DNA of 62,870 nt, filler included, from Dimargaris cristalligena (lineage: Eukaryota), in the NCBI GenBank assembly GCA_003614675.1. It is 2 parts of 2 records of this genome, joined end to end, with 100 filler letters (N's around TTAATTAATTAA, not from the genome) between each part and the next. Parts side by side here need not be neighbours in the genome. Positions count along the whole stretch, not along the records: positions 31,495 to 62,870 come from ML002441.1; 1 more part is not named here. One strand, given 5' to 3'. The position numbers and the translations under genes were made by a program. Below are positions 49,612 through 62,870 of this stretch, one piece after another; position 1 is the stretch's first letter, and each line of letters opens with the position of its first letter. The notes under the pieces were generated by a model. The model ran no database searches and was not told the origin of the DNA. It saw only the letters and a program-made list of their open reading frames with translations.

Positions 49612-50625
49612 ATGTCCACGTCACCCTCCAGTAGCGCCTCGTCGCCCCCTGCCTTACTGGTCGAGAAGTCGCCGGAGGTGCCTCGCGCGCCCGTCGCCAA
49701 GCCGGTGGTCGCGGCCGATGAGCCCATCCCCAACCCCAATTACGAGCTCCCACCGCACGGCGAGTTCCACATTAATCCCCCACCCCGGGACCGCCCGGTG
49801 CGCATTTACTGCGACGGCATTTACGATCTGTTCCATTTCGGGCATGCCAAGGCTTTGGAACAGGCCAAAAAGGCCTTTCCCAGTGTTTATTTGATCGTCG
49901 GAGTGTGCAGTGACTACGAGACCCACCGCCGCAAGGGCAAAACCGTGCTGTCGGACGTGGAGCGCTACGAAGCCGTCCGCCACTGCCGCTGGATCGATGA
50001 GGTCATTGAAAACGCCCCCTGGATCGTGACCCAAGAGTACCTGGACGAGCACCAAATTGACTACGTGGCCCACGACGACATTCCCTACGGGTCGGTGGAG
50101 GGCGACGATGTGTACGCCTTTGTCAAAGCCCAGGGTCGGTTTTTGCCCACCCAGCGCACCGAAGGCATTAGCACGTCGGACCTCATCACCCGCATCGTAC
50201 GCGACTACGACGCCTACCTCCGCCGGAATCTAGAACGCGGCGTCAGCCACAAGGACCTCAACATCTCCTTTCTCAAGGCCCAGGAGCTGCAGGTCAAGAA
50301 ACGCGCCCGCGATATCCGCAACTCCATCCAGCAGAACCTCACCGGTACCCGCGAGGAACTTTTGGCCGAACTCGATGATCTCAAGTACGAGCTCAACCGG
50401 ACGTTTTCGTTTTGGGAGGAGCGCCGGCAGGAATTCATTAGAGGCTTCATTGGGCTCTTCGGAGCTGATAGTATGGTCAAGAAGTTTTTCAATACGAACC
50501 GGTCCCTTAACTTCATCAGTCGGTCGAATTCGTCCACCTCTTTGCGGGAGTCGTCCAGCCGTCACTCGGAGGAGGACTTGGGGGGCTCGTCGGATGCGTC
50601 AAACGGTTCAAGATCGAGCCTATAG
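49612..50625 (+). CDS. PCT1: Choline-phosphate cytidylyltransferase (CCT)
   Basis: [18 protein letters not shown] (HxGH); [36 protein letters not shown]; amphipathic M domain and Ser-rich tail. Confidence 0.96.
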   Translation: MSTSPSSSASSPPALLVEKSPEVPRAPVAKPVVAADEPIPNPNYELPPHGEFHINPPPRDRPVRIYCDGIYDLFHFGHAKALEQAKKAFPSVYLIVGVCSDYETHRRKGKTVLSDVERYEAVRHCRWIDEVIENAPWIVTQEYLDEHQIDYVAHDDIPYGSVEGDDVYAFVKAQGRFLPTQRTEGISTSDLITRIVRDYDAYLRRNLERGVSHKDLNISFLKAQELQVKKRARDIRNSIQQNLTGTREELLAELDDLKYELNRTFSFWEERRQEFIRGFIGLFGADSMVKKFFNTNRSLNFISRSNSSTSLRESSSRHSEEDLGGSSDASNGSRSSL

Positions 50626-51645
50626 GGTATATAGGAAGAATAATAGGGCGCCTGTCCCCCTATCCTTCCATAATAACCTAGCCACACCCACCTCACCTTC
50701 TGTTCAGTGACTCCGCTAAGGGGGGTTGACTCGATTTGGGTCTCGTACTATATATTCACCACTTCGCTTCCGTCCGTCACCAACACGTCACGCTCCGCCA
50801 GCCTTGTCACTATTCATTTCCCCTTGCCTAATTAGTCGCTTTTTTAATATTATTTTTTATAAGAAATATAGTTCCAATCCAACTACGGACCTTTTTGTAA
50901 TTCATATATTCCCCCTATTTTCCAATCCTCATTTTTGTTATCTGTTTAGCCATACCCGGGATTCTTTACACCATTGAACGTGTTGATTTTATTTTTTTGT
51001 TTGAGTTCGGCAGTAATTATAAACGCCATTGTCAGGATTTGACGATCAGTTAAATCGCCATTTATAGATGCTTGTAATAGTATAGTGGTATTTATGTTTA
51101 TTATAAGGGATAATGGGTTAGGGATATTTCCGGCTGTTATTATTATTTTTGGTGGTGAGGCTTTATTTTCGAATTAGAGAAATAGGGGTTCATTTAAGTA
51201 TATAGGAAATTGAGAGGGGTGGGGAAAGGGCATATATGTAATTACATTATGGCATAGACTAGCGTCCGTTATGTCGTGGTCTCGAAGCATATTCAAGCGA
51301 GGCCTTGCGGAAACCCCAGAAAAAGGAGGATTGCTTAGTAGTAATATTATATAGAAGGTAGAACTCTACAGCTTGGAAAATTAATGTAATGAGTCAATCC
51401 GGTGCACAAGTACCTGTGACTACGAAAATAACTAAAGTTGGTCTAATAAATACGTATATTAAATGGGTGGGGGGTCATATATATTTCGGGGGGTTGGGAC
51501 GTGAATTAGCTGAACGATAAGAGGAATGAAGGATGTGTGCTACCCATTCCCACTTGTTGTGTCTCGGTGTACCTAGAGACAAGGGAAATGCGACAACGGA
51601 TTGGATTGGATTCGATTGGGGCGGAATCAACGGATGCTCGATGCT

Positions 51646-51801
51646 TCAAATGGTATGACGCCGGCGGAGTTGTCTAGCTTTGAATGCCCGTCGCTCACGT
51701 CGCCGGTCAGCCGCCAGACGAGCCTGCGCCGCGTTCGTCGCGGCCTGATGCCGGATAGCGTCGAAGAACATAAACTGGTAGGTGTAGAACAAGTCCAGCA
51801 T
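51646..51801 (-). CDS. Small Arg/Ala-rich ORF (51 aa), function unknown
   Basis: AAGATG start; MLDLFYTYQFMFFDAIRHQAATNAAQARLAADRRRERRAFKARQLRRRHTI; GC-rich coding-like island; TATAAAAG at 52021-52028 on the minus strand. Confidence 0.45.
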   Translation of the reverse strand: MLDLFYTYQFMFFDAIRHQAATNAAQARLAADRRRERRAFKARQLRRRHTI

Positions 51802-54231
51802 CTTGGAGGCGTTGGTAATTGGGCGGGTGCGGCTGATAAGGGGTCTGTTAACGGTGGGACGGAGGATCACCCAGGCCAAGCAAACACTCAATTGGGCTGA
51901 GAATAGCAAGAGTGGGTTGGGGATCGAGGAGTGGAAGAGGGTGTTAACAAGGGCAGTATAATTAGTTAAAGATGGTCAAGGAGCGTGTTGGGGCCTACAA
52001 CCCGACCACCCATCGACGGACTTTTATACGGTTTCGGTAGGAGGGCTTACCACACGGCAGGCTAAATAAAATTACAGATGCCTGTGATGACAGAAGAGTC
52101 CTATCGAAGTGGCAGTCACTTGGACGAACCGGTTATCCAGGAGAGAAAGAAATATAAGGGGTGGTCGCTTCGCACTTATGTCACGACAACTTGATATTCG
52201 TTTACCTTCTCATGTTCGCATGGCAGGGTAAAATAATAGGCAAGACAGCTGACGGTGCCCCCTACATCCCATGCATAAATGAATCAGCCAAATTCTTGGC
52301 GCATTCGAAGGGTTTAAAAGGGAGTGAACTAGATGGACCATGTCTCGTGTCCACATACCCCTCCTACCTCCTTCTATTATTGCCAAAAACCACTTTTAAT
52401 TAGTATTTAACCCCTCAGCATGACTGAATATATAGGATTCTTTTATACGGCAGCCTGAAAAATACATTTGAAATGAAGCATGGTGTCGAAGCAGTTTGGC
52501 TAATACCCACCCATAGTGTCGCGCTACCGTGAGTCAGATGACATAGGTCATCATGGCCCATAGGGAGTGAGGTATTCGGGGGCTACATGGGTGGAAACTG
52601 GAATCCTGCAAGAACGAGACAAAGGTGGAAACGAACGCAGAAAATGGGCGTCCTCTTGCAATGTGGAGAGGTCCGTCGTGTCCCTCTCCCCCCCTTTACT
52701 TCCCCTCCCCCTTCCATCCTCCTCTGCTCTTCCATTACGATATCGCAGAATCGGGGAAAACCCCCGCTAGCCTTACTAGTTCATCTCATAGACCATGGGG
52801 ATTATTGGGGGCGGGGGGTGGTGTATCTAACAAAGCCACAATGGAATCGGCCCCCTAGTTGTCCCAATCCGGACGACAAGCCCCATTGAATGTGAATACT
52901 TGCAAGTCCAAAGCCGACTGGTTCGTTTAATCGCATATGCCGTACGGATGACCTAGTTATTGACGAGCGTTGCTGGCCATCATCAATACCATCCGTATTT
53001 GGAAATACTCTATCCTTTACCCTTAGTGAACCCAGACCTAGAATGCAATATCATTGGTCTGCAGTGCCCAGGGCCAAGAAGACCTTGGCGGGTTTCTCCC
53101 ATTAACCCATTCACTCCTATAGCCCCTCCCTTTCCTTTCCTTTCCTTCCCGTAGCCTAGCCCAGCATGCTCCATGTAAATAGTAATGAAACCCGCCCGCG
53201 TTGCTACTCTCGAGAATAGGTCATGGCCCTAATGGCCTAGGTTACACTTGCAACAGTGTGGATATCATGAGAGGAGTAGGATAAGGCTATTTGGCTATTT
53301 TTGCACACAACCAAATCTCCCACAGTGGTAGGACAGGGCCAAGCAATCGTGTATCTTGGTGGAATTGAAACGCAGCCCTAAAGGATTTTTGGAATGAAAT
53401 GCAAAAGGAATAGTAGTGCCCTTTGAACCAATAGTACCCTTTATCATCCGGCCAATTACTCGCTATACAGTTGAGCTAGAAACCCCTCCTATGCTGTAAT
53501 TACTGGCCCTAAATACCGTTCATCGTTTCGGACCACTAATGCCTTTACCCCACCACTAAATGGACCATCCCTGGCCATGGCCATAGGCTTCGCGACCCTC
53601 CCCTCTTTCGTCGAAACTACAGGGAAGGGGGGGGGGTGCGCGAAAGACACCTGCGTGGCCGGGACTGGCTAATAGTTGTGTCTGCAATTCTATAGAGCAC
53701 CTCCGCGCCTATTTTAAAGGCCTTGAGTTCGCTACTGTGGAAATACTGAGAATGTAATAACCATGAAATTATTGCTTGGAAGGCTATGGGGAAGTTCGCA
53801 AATGGCCAGAAATGGTATCCGTTATCCCCCATTTCGAGCCTCGCATACATTGGCCGGATAGTTCTCTTTAACCATGTATCACAAGTTAGTGCGGGGTGTA
53901 TCACTTTGAGCGGCCTACTTGGGTCTAGGCAGCCCCTTTAAAAGTCCGGCTATTCTCCCCAACTTGACTAACCAACATATCCATTTCCTTGGGCCGCTCC
54001 ATTTACTTTACGTTTTTGCTTTCCTTCAACCCCCCCCTCCGGTCGGCATGAATTATCCCTAATTTAGTTTTCTGGAGATTTCGATCATTATTATTATCAC
54101 TTTGGATTTATCCGCCTTCTTTGGCAATACGAGCATTACATACTCGACATTTCCTACTGTTACTACCCTTTGTAAGCGACTTACGTTTGATTTTCACCCC
54201 TCCCCTCCCACCACCCTAATAGAGAGTATTC

Positions 54232-56203
54232 ATGATGAAACTAATTGTTGGGCTGTTAATTTTCGTTGCAGCCCAGGATATCGCCGAAGCCAGCCCCGCC
54301 GATTTATCACACGTAAATAGCAAACGTTCCCAAGGCTCTACCCCTAAGGTGGATTCAACGGTGAGTAATCCCGCCATGCATAATTAACTAAAAACAACGG
54401 CTGGTAACTGTGCTGGCGGCCAACGCTGTCCGTACACCACATGGGATGCGCGCGACACACGGTCTTTTATATAACCCATACTCCGTCTATACCAAATCTA
54501 GAGCCAGTTATATGTTCTAAAACACTCATAATACCCCCTAATATACATGTATTGCCTACCCCCGCCTCCCACGTGTCCGTATCTATTGACCCAGGTACCA
54601 GAATTGTCCGTGGAGGCAGATACTTTTATCAACCAGGCCAGTTGGAACAGGGTTTCGGCCCAGCTATTTCAGTACGCCCCGCTGGAAATGTACGATACCA
54701 TTTTATTTCAACTTCGGCTTAATATGAACCAGCCCCGTGACCCTACCCCCACATATAGTAAACATCGCATCGATTATACCGGTCGATTCGAGACTTATCA
54801 AGAATTACTCCAGTCTGGCTATCCAGTGAATAGTGATGACAAGCCCCCTAGGCACAATGACCGACAAAGCCTCGATCTCCGCGCCCTTAGTATGGCCGAT
54901 TTCACCACCCAATTCCCCATGGTGGCCCGCGCCGACCGCAACACCTTACTTGACCTTTTCGAACTTCTCTGTCAGGCGGTCGTGAGCAACACCCATCCCC
55001 CCTTGCCTGCCACTAAACCGAAATTGAAGTGGGCGAAAAAGCCCCAGTTCGACTTGTCCCAAATACCTACCGATTGGGTCAGTCCCACCCGAGTGCTCCT
55101 TACCGTGGGGAACCGTATTATTTCCACCACGCTGTGGTACTGGTACGCGCGGGCGGACGAGGTGGTGGAGCAAAGGCATGACCCGAACCTGGCAAGCTGG
55201 CGGCGACCTGATTATAAAGCGAACTTAATGAACGACCTGGTAGGTTTCATTGCCGATGCGACCAAGATCCTGACCACCAAGGTGAATCGTTATGAAGTGT
55301 TACCGGGTCCCCCGGGGCATCTTGGACGAATATCTCCAAACCTACCGGCGGTTGCTCGTGTATTTAGCCTTCACCACCACCACCGGCCCCGATGTCAGCC
55401 TCATCGCCGCTGTGGTTAAAAATAGCCAGCTGGCTCCAGTTATGGTAGAGCTGCCACCAGCCAACAACAACAACGGCGGGCGCATTCCCGTATATACCGA
55501 TTGTGCCTCCCAATTCGCCAGCATGGGGATAGAGAACTTCAACCAGGTTTTGGCGCAGTTTCCGGGCGCCAGCCAAGAGCTCTGCATGGCAAAGGGTACA
55601 AGCGGCCTCGGCGAAGCCTTTGACAACTTTTATCTCAATCTAAATGGTCACCGCTTATTCCAATTGGTTCCGACGTATGTGCTGCAGCCGGCCGGGGTCC
55701 CATCGGCCCGGTTTGCCGAATTAGAATTATCCATTTGGGCGTGGGCGGCCTACATTCACGATGTCGGTCAACACATCGCCGGTATAGACGACATCTGTAA
55801 ACCCGACATTTTTGGCCAGGCCCCGTCTACCCCCGCCGACCTGTCTATTTTTTCTGACCCTTACCCTTCCAACCCGTCTATTTTTTCTGACCCTTCCCCT
55901 TCCAACCCGTCTATTTTTTCTGACCCTTATTCTTCCAACCCGCCTACTACCAAACCGTTTACTTCCAACCCGTTTACTGCCGACCTGTCGCCTACTTCCA
56001 ACCCATCTACTTACTCCTTACCCCCATTTTCTCTCGAATCCCCCGGCAAGGCCGCCGGATTCAGGGCTACCGTCAAAAGCGCGTGCCGAAGGATATTACC
56101 CTGGAGGTCAAAGAAGAAGGAGAAGAGTACCCAGAAGCCGAAGACCCGGGCGTTCGGTTCCGAATCTTCAACCTCAGAGGATTATAGCGAGAACAGCCTG
56201 TAA
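54232..56203 (+). pseudogene. Secreted protein gene (exon 54232-54360, intron 54361-54594) with an apparent frameshift near 55275-55320
   Basis: Signal peptide MMKLIVGLLIFVAAQDIAEA and a KR site; a GTGAGT..CCAG intron joins in frame to ORF 54547; coding continues in the +1 frame (ORF 55292). Confidence 0.6.
55843..55941 (+). repeat. 33-bp (11 aa) coding tandem repeat x3
   Basis: SIFSDPYPSNP / SIFSDPSPSNP / SIFSDPYSSNP, followed by degenerate PFTSNP units. Confidence 0.9.
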
Positions 56204-56493
56204 TATATTTTTATTGGACGTAAGTCTGGCTGTAGATAGCGGTATTTGTAGTATGCGATAGACTGCGCCCTAGCTCTAGAGAACACTCTGTAGTGATACC
56301 GACTTGGTATTGATTAGTATTGATTATAAATATGCGTGTATATATTTATGTATTCCTCCTATTTTCCCCGTATTATACCTAATACAATAATAATATTCAA
56401 TAAAAGAGGGTTTATACATCCGATCCAGGTCTTTCAAAAAAAAAAGAGAGAAGGGGGGGGTGAGTGGGCATATATATTTTAACATTAGGAAAA

Positions 56494-58935
56494 TTAGTTG
56501 ACTTGACTAAGCTGTTTAAGCGCTTGCTGTTGAATCCAGTACATCATCAGCGGAATATTTTCGCTAACTTGTAAAACCCGACTGAGTTTGTCCGATTGGC
56601 AGACACGTAGAAGCGCGCCTCGCCCCGGATCATTGGCCTCACTCTGCATGGCGGTGATTGCGCCGGGCTGCACCCACACCCGGGGGTACGGATTGACCTC
56701 GATAATAATTTCCAATGCAATGGAATAATACAGCGGGGTCGGGTTACTGCCGTATTGCATGGGCATGATCGTGCTGAGAGAAAGTTTACCGGGGCACTCA
56801 GCCGTGATTTCAACAGGTATATCGTTATCCGCATTTTGCAGCAGCGCTTGCCAGTCCACCAGGTGGGCATCTGCGGACTTCTCCGGCTGGCGACTGGTTC
56901 GGTCAGCGACCATATTAAAACAGCTTCGGAATAGAGTGTTGTAAAGAACTTGTTGACGGAGTACCTATATATATATACGGGAAATAATCAATCCCGAAAT
57001 TCCAGAAAGGGTTAGTGATCCCGCGGGTGAACTCTAGAAGGGGCGGCAAGGACAAGGACTGCACTGGGCGTAGTTCAAGTAAACCAACGAAAATATCCGT
57101 TAAGATACGCAATACCCAAGGAATATATAAATATTAGAGGGATACCTAATGTAACCACCACAGCAACTTACTTGAATTACCACTTGTAGCTGGCTCGGGT
57201 GGGTAAACGGAATCCGGTGGATCAGGGTTCCGTGATTCTCCCCGCCGGTATACATGAACTGAAACCGGGGGGAATTCCCCTCGCCCGGGCTTAATTCGGG
57301 GGGAGCCGTCCACGTGAAGCTATGATGGGCCAGGGCCGCTTGGCAGTCTACCACCCCCACCGGGCTTGCGTTTTCCAGCAAAAGGGCTTCGTGGGACACG
57401 AGGCCCTCCTGGGTGGGGGGGACCAGGTTGAAGTCGTGTAGGTTGGTGTCACAGAGGAACGCCAACGACTTGGCGTAGGCTTCCGCCACGGGAATCGGCG
57501 GGGCCAGGTGGGCCACGAAACGGGCCTGGGCGGCAACCCCATTCTCAGGGGTGGCCTGAAAGTACGCCACACCGAAACTCGGAATGGCGGCGTTGGGGTG
57601 ATCCAGTGGTGGTGGGACCTGTGGAGTGGCGGCTGATCCGTCAATATCCATCGAATGCATAGTATCGCCGCCAGTAGGGGCATCGAGTTGGGTATACATT
57701 ACAAACCCATCAACACTGGCCGGTAGAAAGCAAATTGGCACTGTTGACTCTTCCACACTGATCCATAATTTGTAGAAATGGTCTACCCGATGCATTATTA
57801 TTGGAGACAATATATGGGGTTAATGATATCGGTACCAATCCAATATCCCAGAGGTAAGTCAATTAGTATAACAACTGGTGTAGTTGGTAAGACATGCTGG
57901 TTGCTATTCCCAGGTAGATGACTGGCGTATTAGCTAGCAAAAGGTAGGACGGAATATTAGGGTATACTTTAGCGACTAATATACCCATGTGTTCTTACCT
58001 GGATTTATATTTGAGACCGAGGTTGATGATGATAAGTCTGCCGAGGTCGATTCGGGGGCCCAGTACAGTAGGGTAGGGCCAGGGCGATAGCAGTCGGGAA
58101 ATGGTAACCCGTGTCCTTTAGCCATCACCTCCCGCAGGTCTCCGCCCAGTGCCGCCGATTCGGCCTCGAAGATGCGCTGCAGGTCCTTCCGGATCACCGT
58201 GACGATGCGGAAGAAGTCCGTGTGTTCGTATTGCGTCGTGAGCCGATCCAACAGCGCGAGCGTAGCGATACTCTGGGTAAAGGCCGCCTTATCGCGACGG
58301 ACCAAGTGTCCCGTTAGTGTTTGGTCGATGCGGGAGTCCGTGGGGGTTCCGGTAGCGTAGGTGACTTTCGCAGCCAACACCCGACCCCCTTCCGCAACAT
58401 CCACGTCCACTACGACCACGGCCCCGCATAATGTAACGGTAGTAACGGCCGTGCCGTTGTTGCGCACATGGGAGTCAATATAGTGGGTCATTTTCTGACT
58501 TTCGCCCACGTCCACGATGGCCTGCACGATGGGCCGGGCTTCGGTCAATGGCCGGCCAGCCTGGGAATTGAGTAGGTCGATGGCGTCCCGGAGGGCCGTG
58601 GTGGTATTCCGGGCGGACGCTAAGATTCGGGATTCTTCTTTGAGGGAATTGTACAGCTTGCGAAGGATGGTATTGGACGTGGTCATGTTAAACGCCTCTG
58701 AGGTCAGGGTACGGTCCTTAAAGGACTGGATGGCCTGGCGGAGTTGTTGGACCGATTTGGTGAATTCGCCTTGGACGGCGTCAATATTGATGGGGCCGAG
58801 GGGGTGCATTTGCCCCTGGCTGGTCAGAGCCAAGGCCGGCGATGAAAATTGCCAGGCGCCCGACAATTGGCGAAGGGATCGCTCCAATTGGTCAAGGGAT
58901 TCTTGGACTTTCTGGGGCGGGGGATCGGAGGCCAT
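56494..58935 (-). CDS. MED1: Mediator subunit Med1; exons 58935-57999, 57782-57172, 56964-56494
   Basis: TVTLCGAVVVVDVDV..KVTYA; GHGLP; FVAHLAPPIPV; IPFTHPSQLQVVIQ|VLRQQVLYNTLFRSCF. Confidence 0.85.
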
Positions 58936-60419
58936 GGGGAGGAATCGGGAAACTTAATTAATGAGTAAATGAAGGCAGAGTATATGGAAGAGAAATGTGT
59001 GAGAAATGGAACTGAGCATGCTGGAAGAAAGGCTCATTGTTGGAGCCTTATTTAATTTGAAGCACAGCCAATGGAATGGAAATGCATATAGATGAGAGGT
59101 CTGTTCAAGGGTGGCCCAAAATTGGTTGGAGCTCCATTATACTGTTAATACTAGTGGTGGGTATGGCTGCTGTGATATTGATCCAAGTGGTGAACATTAA
59201 TTGGGTTATTAGCCCACTTGTGTATATGTTTATGGCCTGGCCAACTATATTATTGATATTACCAGATTTGTCCGGATCTGTCTAATCACTAGTTGCTTGT
59301 TCAAGCAGAGGGTTATTAAACCGATGTTATTCAATATTGCTAACTAGTATTTCCCTCTTTACTTTTACTCGCATAAAACCTGTAATAGTCTACTAAATCA
59401 AGTCTGCGCCCAAAATGTTCGACTAATGGATTATCTAGAATGTCCGCCGACGATAGAAAACTACCTTTTTCTGGATCCCTTCCACTACAACCACAATGAG
59501 TACGCGCAGTCACGAAATATACCAATGCCCAAGCTCGTACATAAGGTACCCCCAATTGACGCTCGATATTCTTATAGCACCTACTTTGCTTACTATAGCT
59601 CACATTTCCCCCCAAATTCGTTAGTCACCTTGGATCGATAAAGCAAATTCGGGTATATCTAAATCCGTAGTTTATTATTGTACAGAAACGGCTACGGACT
59701 TGCTGTCTCACGAACTACACCCAATTACGAACGATAAAAATATTACTAGCCCCTTTGGTTTTTACATTCAACGTATCAACCACGTATTCGACATATGGCA
59801 GTGGAGATCAGATAATAAACCGTAACTGCCAACAACGCGTAGAATCTCTTCCCCCTTCACAACACCGCCCATATTACCTACTTTGGAATCCATCTCATGG
59901 TAAACGAACCCCGACCTGGCTCTACCAATCTCCCTGCCTACTATTTCTCGCAAAACAAACCAAGACCAATCATTGGCAACATCGCCCCTCTCCTCACCCT
60001 TCCCCTTGAAACCTTATAGGTCGACATCAACTACCATCAGCAGATAATTTATCCCTTTCCTGTGGATCCGTGGCCTACATATTTTTCTACCTCCACCAAC
60101 CTCCCATCCGAATGTTTTCCGCTCCACTCCCCTTTTAAGTAGAGGCGATTCAATTCGTGAAACACTCCCGCTCATAGTTGGAAGCCTTCTCTCAGATGGT
60201 ACTTAACGGGGGAACCAGGTTACTATGCTGATTGTCTGTTCTCAATAGACAGGTATGGGTAGGGGGATTGATGGTGAAGCTGTTTTCTCCACTATCCGAC
60301 CTTTCCGAAATTTATTTAAATCATCTTATGTAACGCACATACCCGGAACGACGGGAGCCACTCTCTCCGGTCCCCCCAGCCTATCTTATTAGGTTCCCTT
60401 ATATTTGGCATCTGCCTGA

Positions 60420-61344
60420 TTAGTATTCATCCCAAAATGACATCCTTCGTTTGGCTTTATAAAACACTTTTTTCCGAATAGTACCATAGTAGGAAAAGAC
60501 GCGGCCGAGAATTGCAGAGTCGCTTAAGTAGTTCACGAATGCAGGTCCATAAAACAATGAGAATAAATATGGGTGATATTCGGCCCAGCTGTATAGGGAT
60601 TTAAATGATAAGTGCATGAGAAAATGGGTGAGATTCATTTCTAGCCAGTAGTATTTTCCTCATCCAATGGATTTTTCGTTATACAGCCTGGTTGAACCTC
60701 TCCCATATGCAATCTTACTGATCAATAACACCATCGCACCTTCGGTCACCCCCGTCGCAATTACCTGCCCATATAGTACCCCCATTGGGATGTCCTATTA
60801 TAACACAGTTATTGGGTTCACATTAATTGGTAGTGGTGCATTTCAGGTTGCAGAATTATTTTCGTCGTTTTATAGCACACTGGGGAGGGGGATTCCCATT
60901 CTTAATAACTGCTGATTGATGACCAATCCCTGTTCGTTTTTTAGTTGCAACAGTCGTAGAGTAGATTCTGGTTGACCAATGGGCTCCTATATAGATTAGC
61001 GTACTGCATTGAGCCACTTCCAGAACAAGACTTAACCTCCCCAAATCTCTGGGTAGGAAGGTGATGGATCTCCCCCTCAAGTGGCCTCTCACGAGGGTGA
61101 TTGTCGGTGGTATATCATGTTCAGCTGCGGTTTCTCGCAATGCCCTCTTCCAATACGTTTGCTTGACTCCATCCGTAAAAATGGTAAGGCGCAATGGGTG
61201 GGATATTAACAGGACTAGAGGGCTACATACAATCCCGGCATCCTCTGGATTGGTCATTAAAAGAGCAACGGGGTCGTAGTTGCATCTAGAGCGGGTTAAA
61301 TAACCACTACCTGTTTCCCCTTCATCCGTAAATTGAACCGGCAC
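60420..61344 (-). pseudogene. Possible decayed gene (fragmented coding-like segments)
   Basis: A 162-aa segment and a downstream 72-aa hydrophobic segment lie on the same strand, broken by stops; no family recognised. Confidence 0.25.
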
Positions 61345-62870
61345 TTCAGTCTATTTACAGTGCTAGATTTTGGGCCTCTTAGTTGCAAAATGCAACTGAG
61401 CCAGTGGACCAGGTGGTTTTTGCATAGTATAGGTAATGATCCCTGACAACTGGCCGAAGTTGGTCAGCATAGGCGTGCCATGGGTATATTATTTTCCGAA
61501 CCCAATGACATACCGATTAGCAGCATGTCGATACAGCCAGTTGAAGGGCAACTGGCAGTTTAGAAACATTTTCACCTTCTAATAACACTGTCTATATCTC
61601 CATTGGTCGAACTATTGGGTCTATCTCGCAGTCCGTTGGTGGACGGCAACTCCGTCTTGATCAATGTACCGGGGGATGGTGATGGTCTATGGGCGACTGG
61701 GTCGGCTATGTTTTAAGGAGATATCTAATAGCCCAGGTGGTTTATACAGTTGGTAACGTAGATCAGAAGGATCGCGCAACTTTGTCGATGGTGGTCGTCG
61801 GCTTGGATCGGCTTTCGATATCGACTGCCAAGACGGACTTGAAACCCAGTGTTTACAGACATACCATCACCTTCTTAGTCGGCCGGGCTTATTATGCACA
61901 TAGCCCATACTGAATTCTTTACTACACCCCAAACCTAATAATATTCGCAATGTAGCTTTGGCTCGGGGCTGAATGGTGTGGCCCCACCCACTCCTCTATG
62001 CCCAGGCACTGAGGGCCGTGATGTGGCCCAAAAACAGTTGTATTCCTTTTTGCATCTGGTGGTATGTGTGGTCCCATAGTCAAACCAAGTAATGGGCGTA
62101 CTAGCCTAGTGTTGGCCTATTTTTCCTTTGGGTATAGAGGCATACGAAACCACGTGGCTTATTAAGGCGATCCAATATCCCTCCCCCCTCCATTCCTCGT
62201 CCCTCTCCCACTTCATATCCCAATGCCCGATGGGTGTCACAACCCCGTCTATATATGGTCGGAAATCAACGGAGGACCTACATTCGCCACATTGTCTGTT
62301 GCAGTAACCAGAGTGTTTCATGTCCAAACCAACAACGGCAGCTCTTGAACCTGAGAGAGGGAGAGAGGAAGGGAAATAGTGAGAAAAATAGGTAAAGTGG
62401 ACATTCCAATTAATAATAGGCATAATAACCAATATATATATATATAATTTCTGAGCTAATTCGGATGCGTCTAGGTTATCTGTTTCGACAGTTGTTTAAC
62501 TTTCCGGGAATAATTATTTTTCCTTGGGCCAGCTGTGTACTCAGTCCAATTACGTTTGTGTTAACTTACCTATATTTCAGCTCACTGCCGTTTCTCTGCT
62601 GACCGAATTCACTAGAGCTTCTAGTCTCACTTAATCCCTACCAGTCCGGTGCTGCCGAACTTTTGACTATTCGCCTTAGTGGCCCTCCTTTCACTCGCAT
62701 TTTTTTAAACCTATTTTGTCCTCTAGAAAAACCCACCTCGTCTAGTGTCACATTTCTCTTCTCTCCCGAAGCCGTGGTCCTCCACTGCCACTTCCCCCCC
62801 CCCCCCCTCTGTCTCTCTCGAACACAGCCTAGGCGCCAAGCTGCTCCACCACCCCACAGAGGAACGGGCG

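Noticed and set aside
55843-55941. 33-bp repeats as a CRISPR-like array
   Set aside because: Head-to-tail in-frame coding repeats without unique spacers, in a eukaryote with no cas genes.

Overview
Eukaryotic, intron-containing fungal DNA. Gene content and style suggest an early-diverging fungus, possibly a Zoopagomycota mycoparasite such as Dimargaris; that taxon is inference only. The window is probably two unrelated contigs (1-31394 and 31495-62870) joined by an artificial N44-TTAATTAATTAA-N44 linker. The left contig carries a small Pro-rich secreted prepropeptide, an HMT1/ATM1-like ABCB half-transporter and a frameshifted partial paralog of it, NAT3/NAA20, an orphan secreted protein, a head-to-head XRCC2-HEI10 pair, an RS-rich protein, an alpha-arrestin and a uridine kinase-UPRT. 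The right contig carries a secreted AA11 LPMO, an Ufo1/Pof10-like F-box-WD40-UIM protein, two tandem secreted paralogs, PCT1, an Arg-rich small ORF, a frameshifted secreted protein and MED1. The best candidate for an undescribed system is the tandem pair at 41936-46002. Both proteins read signal peptide, acidic activation-like motif, disordered linker, NLS-like motif and a shared unrecognised C-terminal domain, which fits host-nucleus-targeted, transcription-factor-like effectors. No tRNA, rRNA, CRISPR array or intact mobile element was recognised. Exon models were built by eye.
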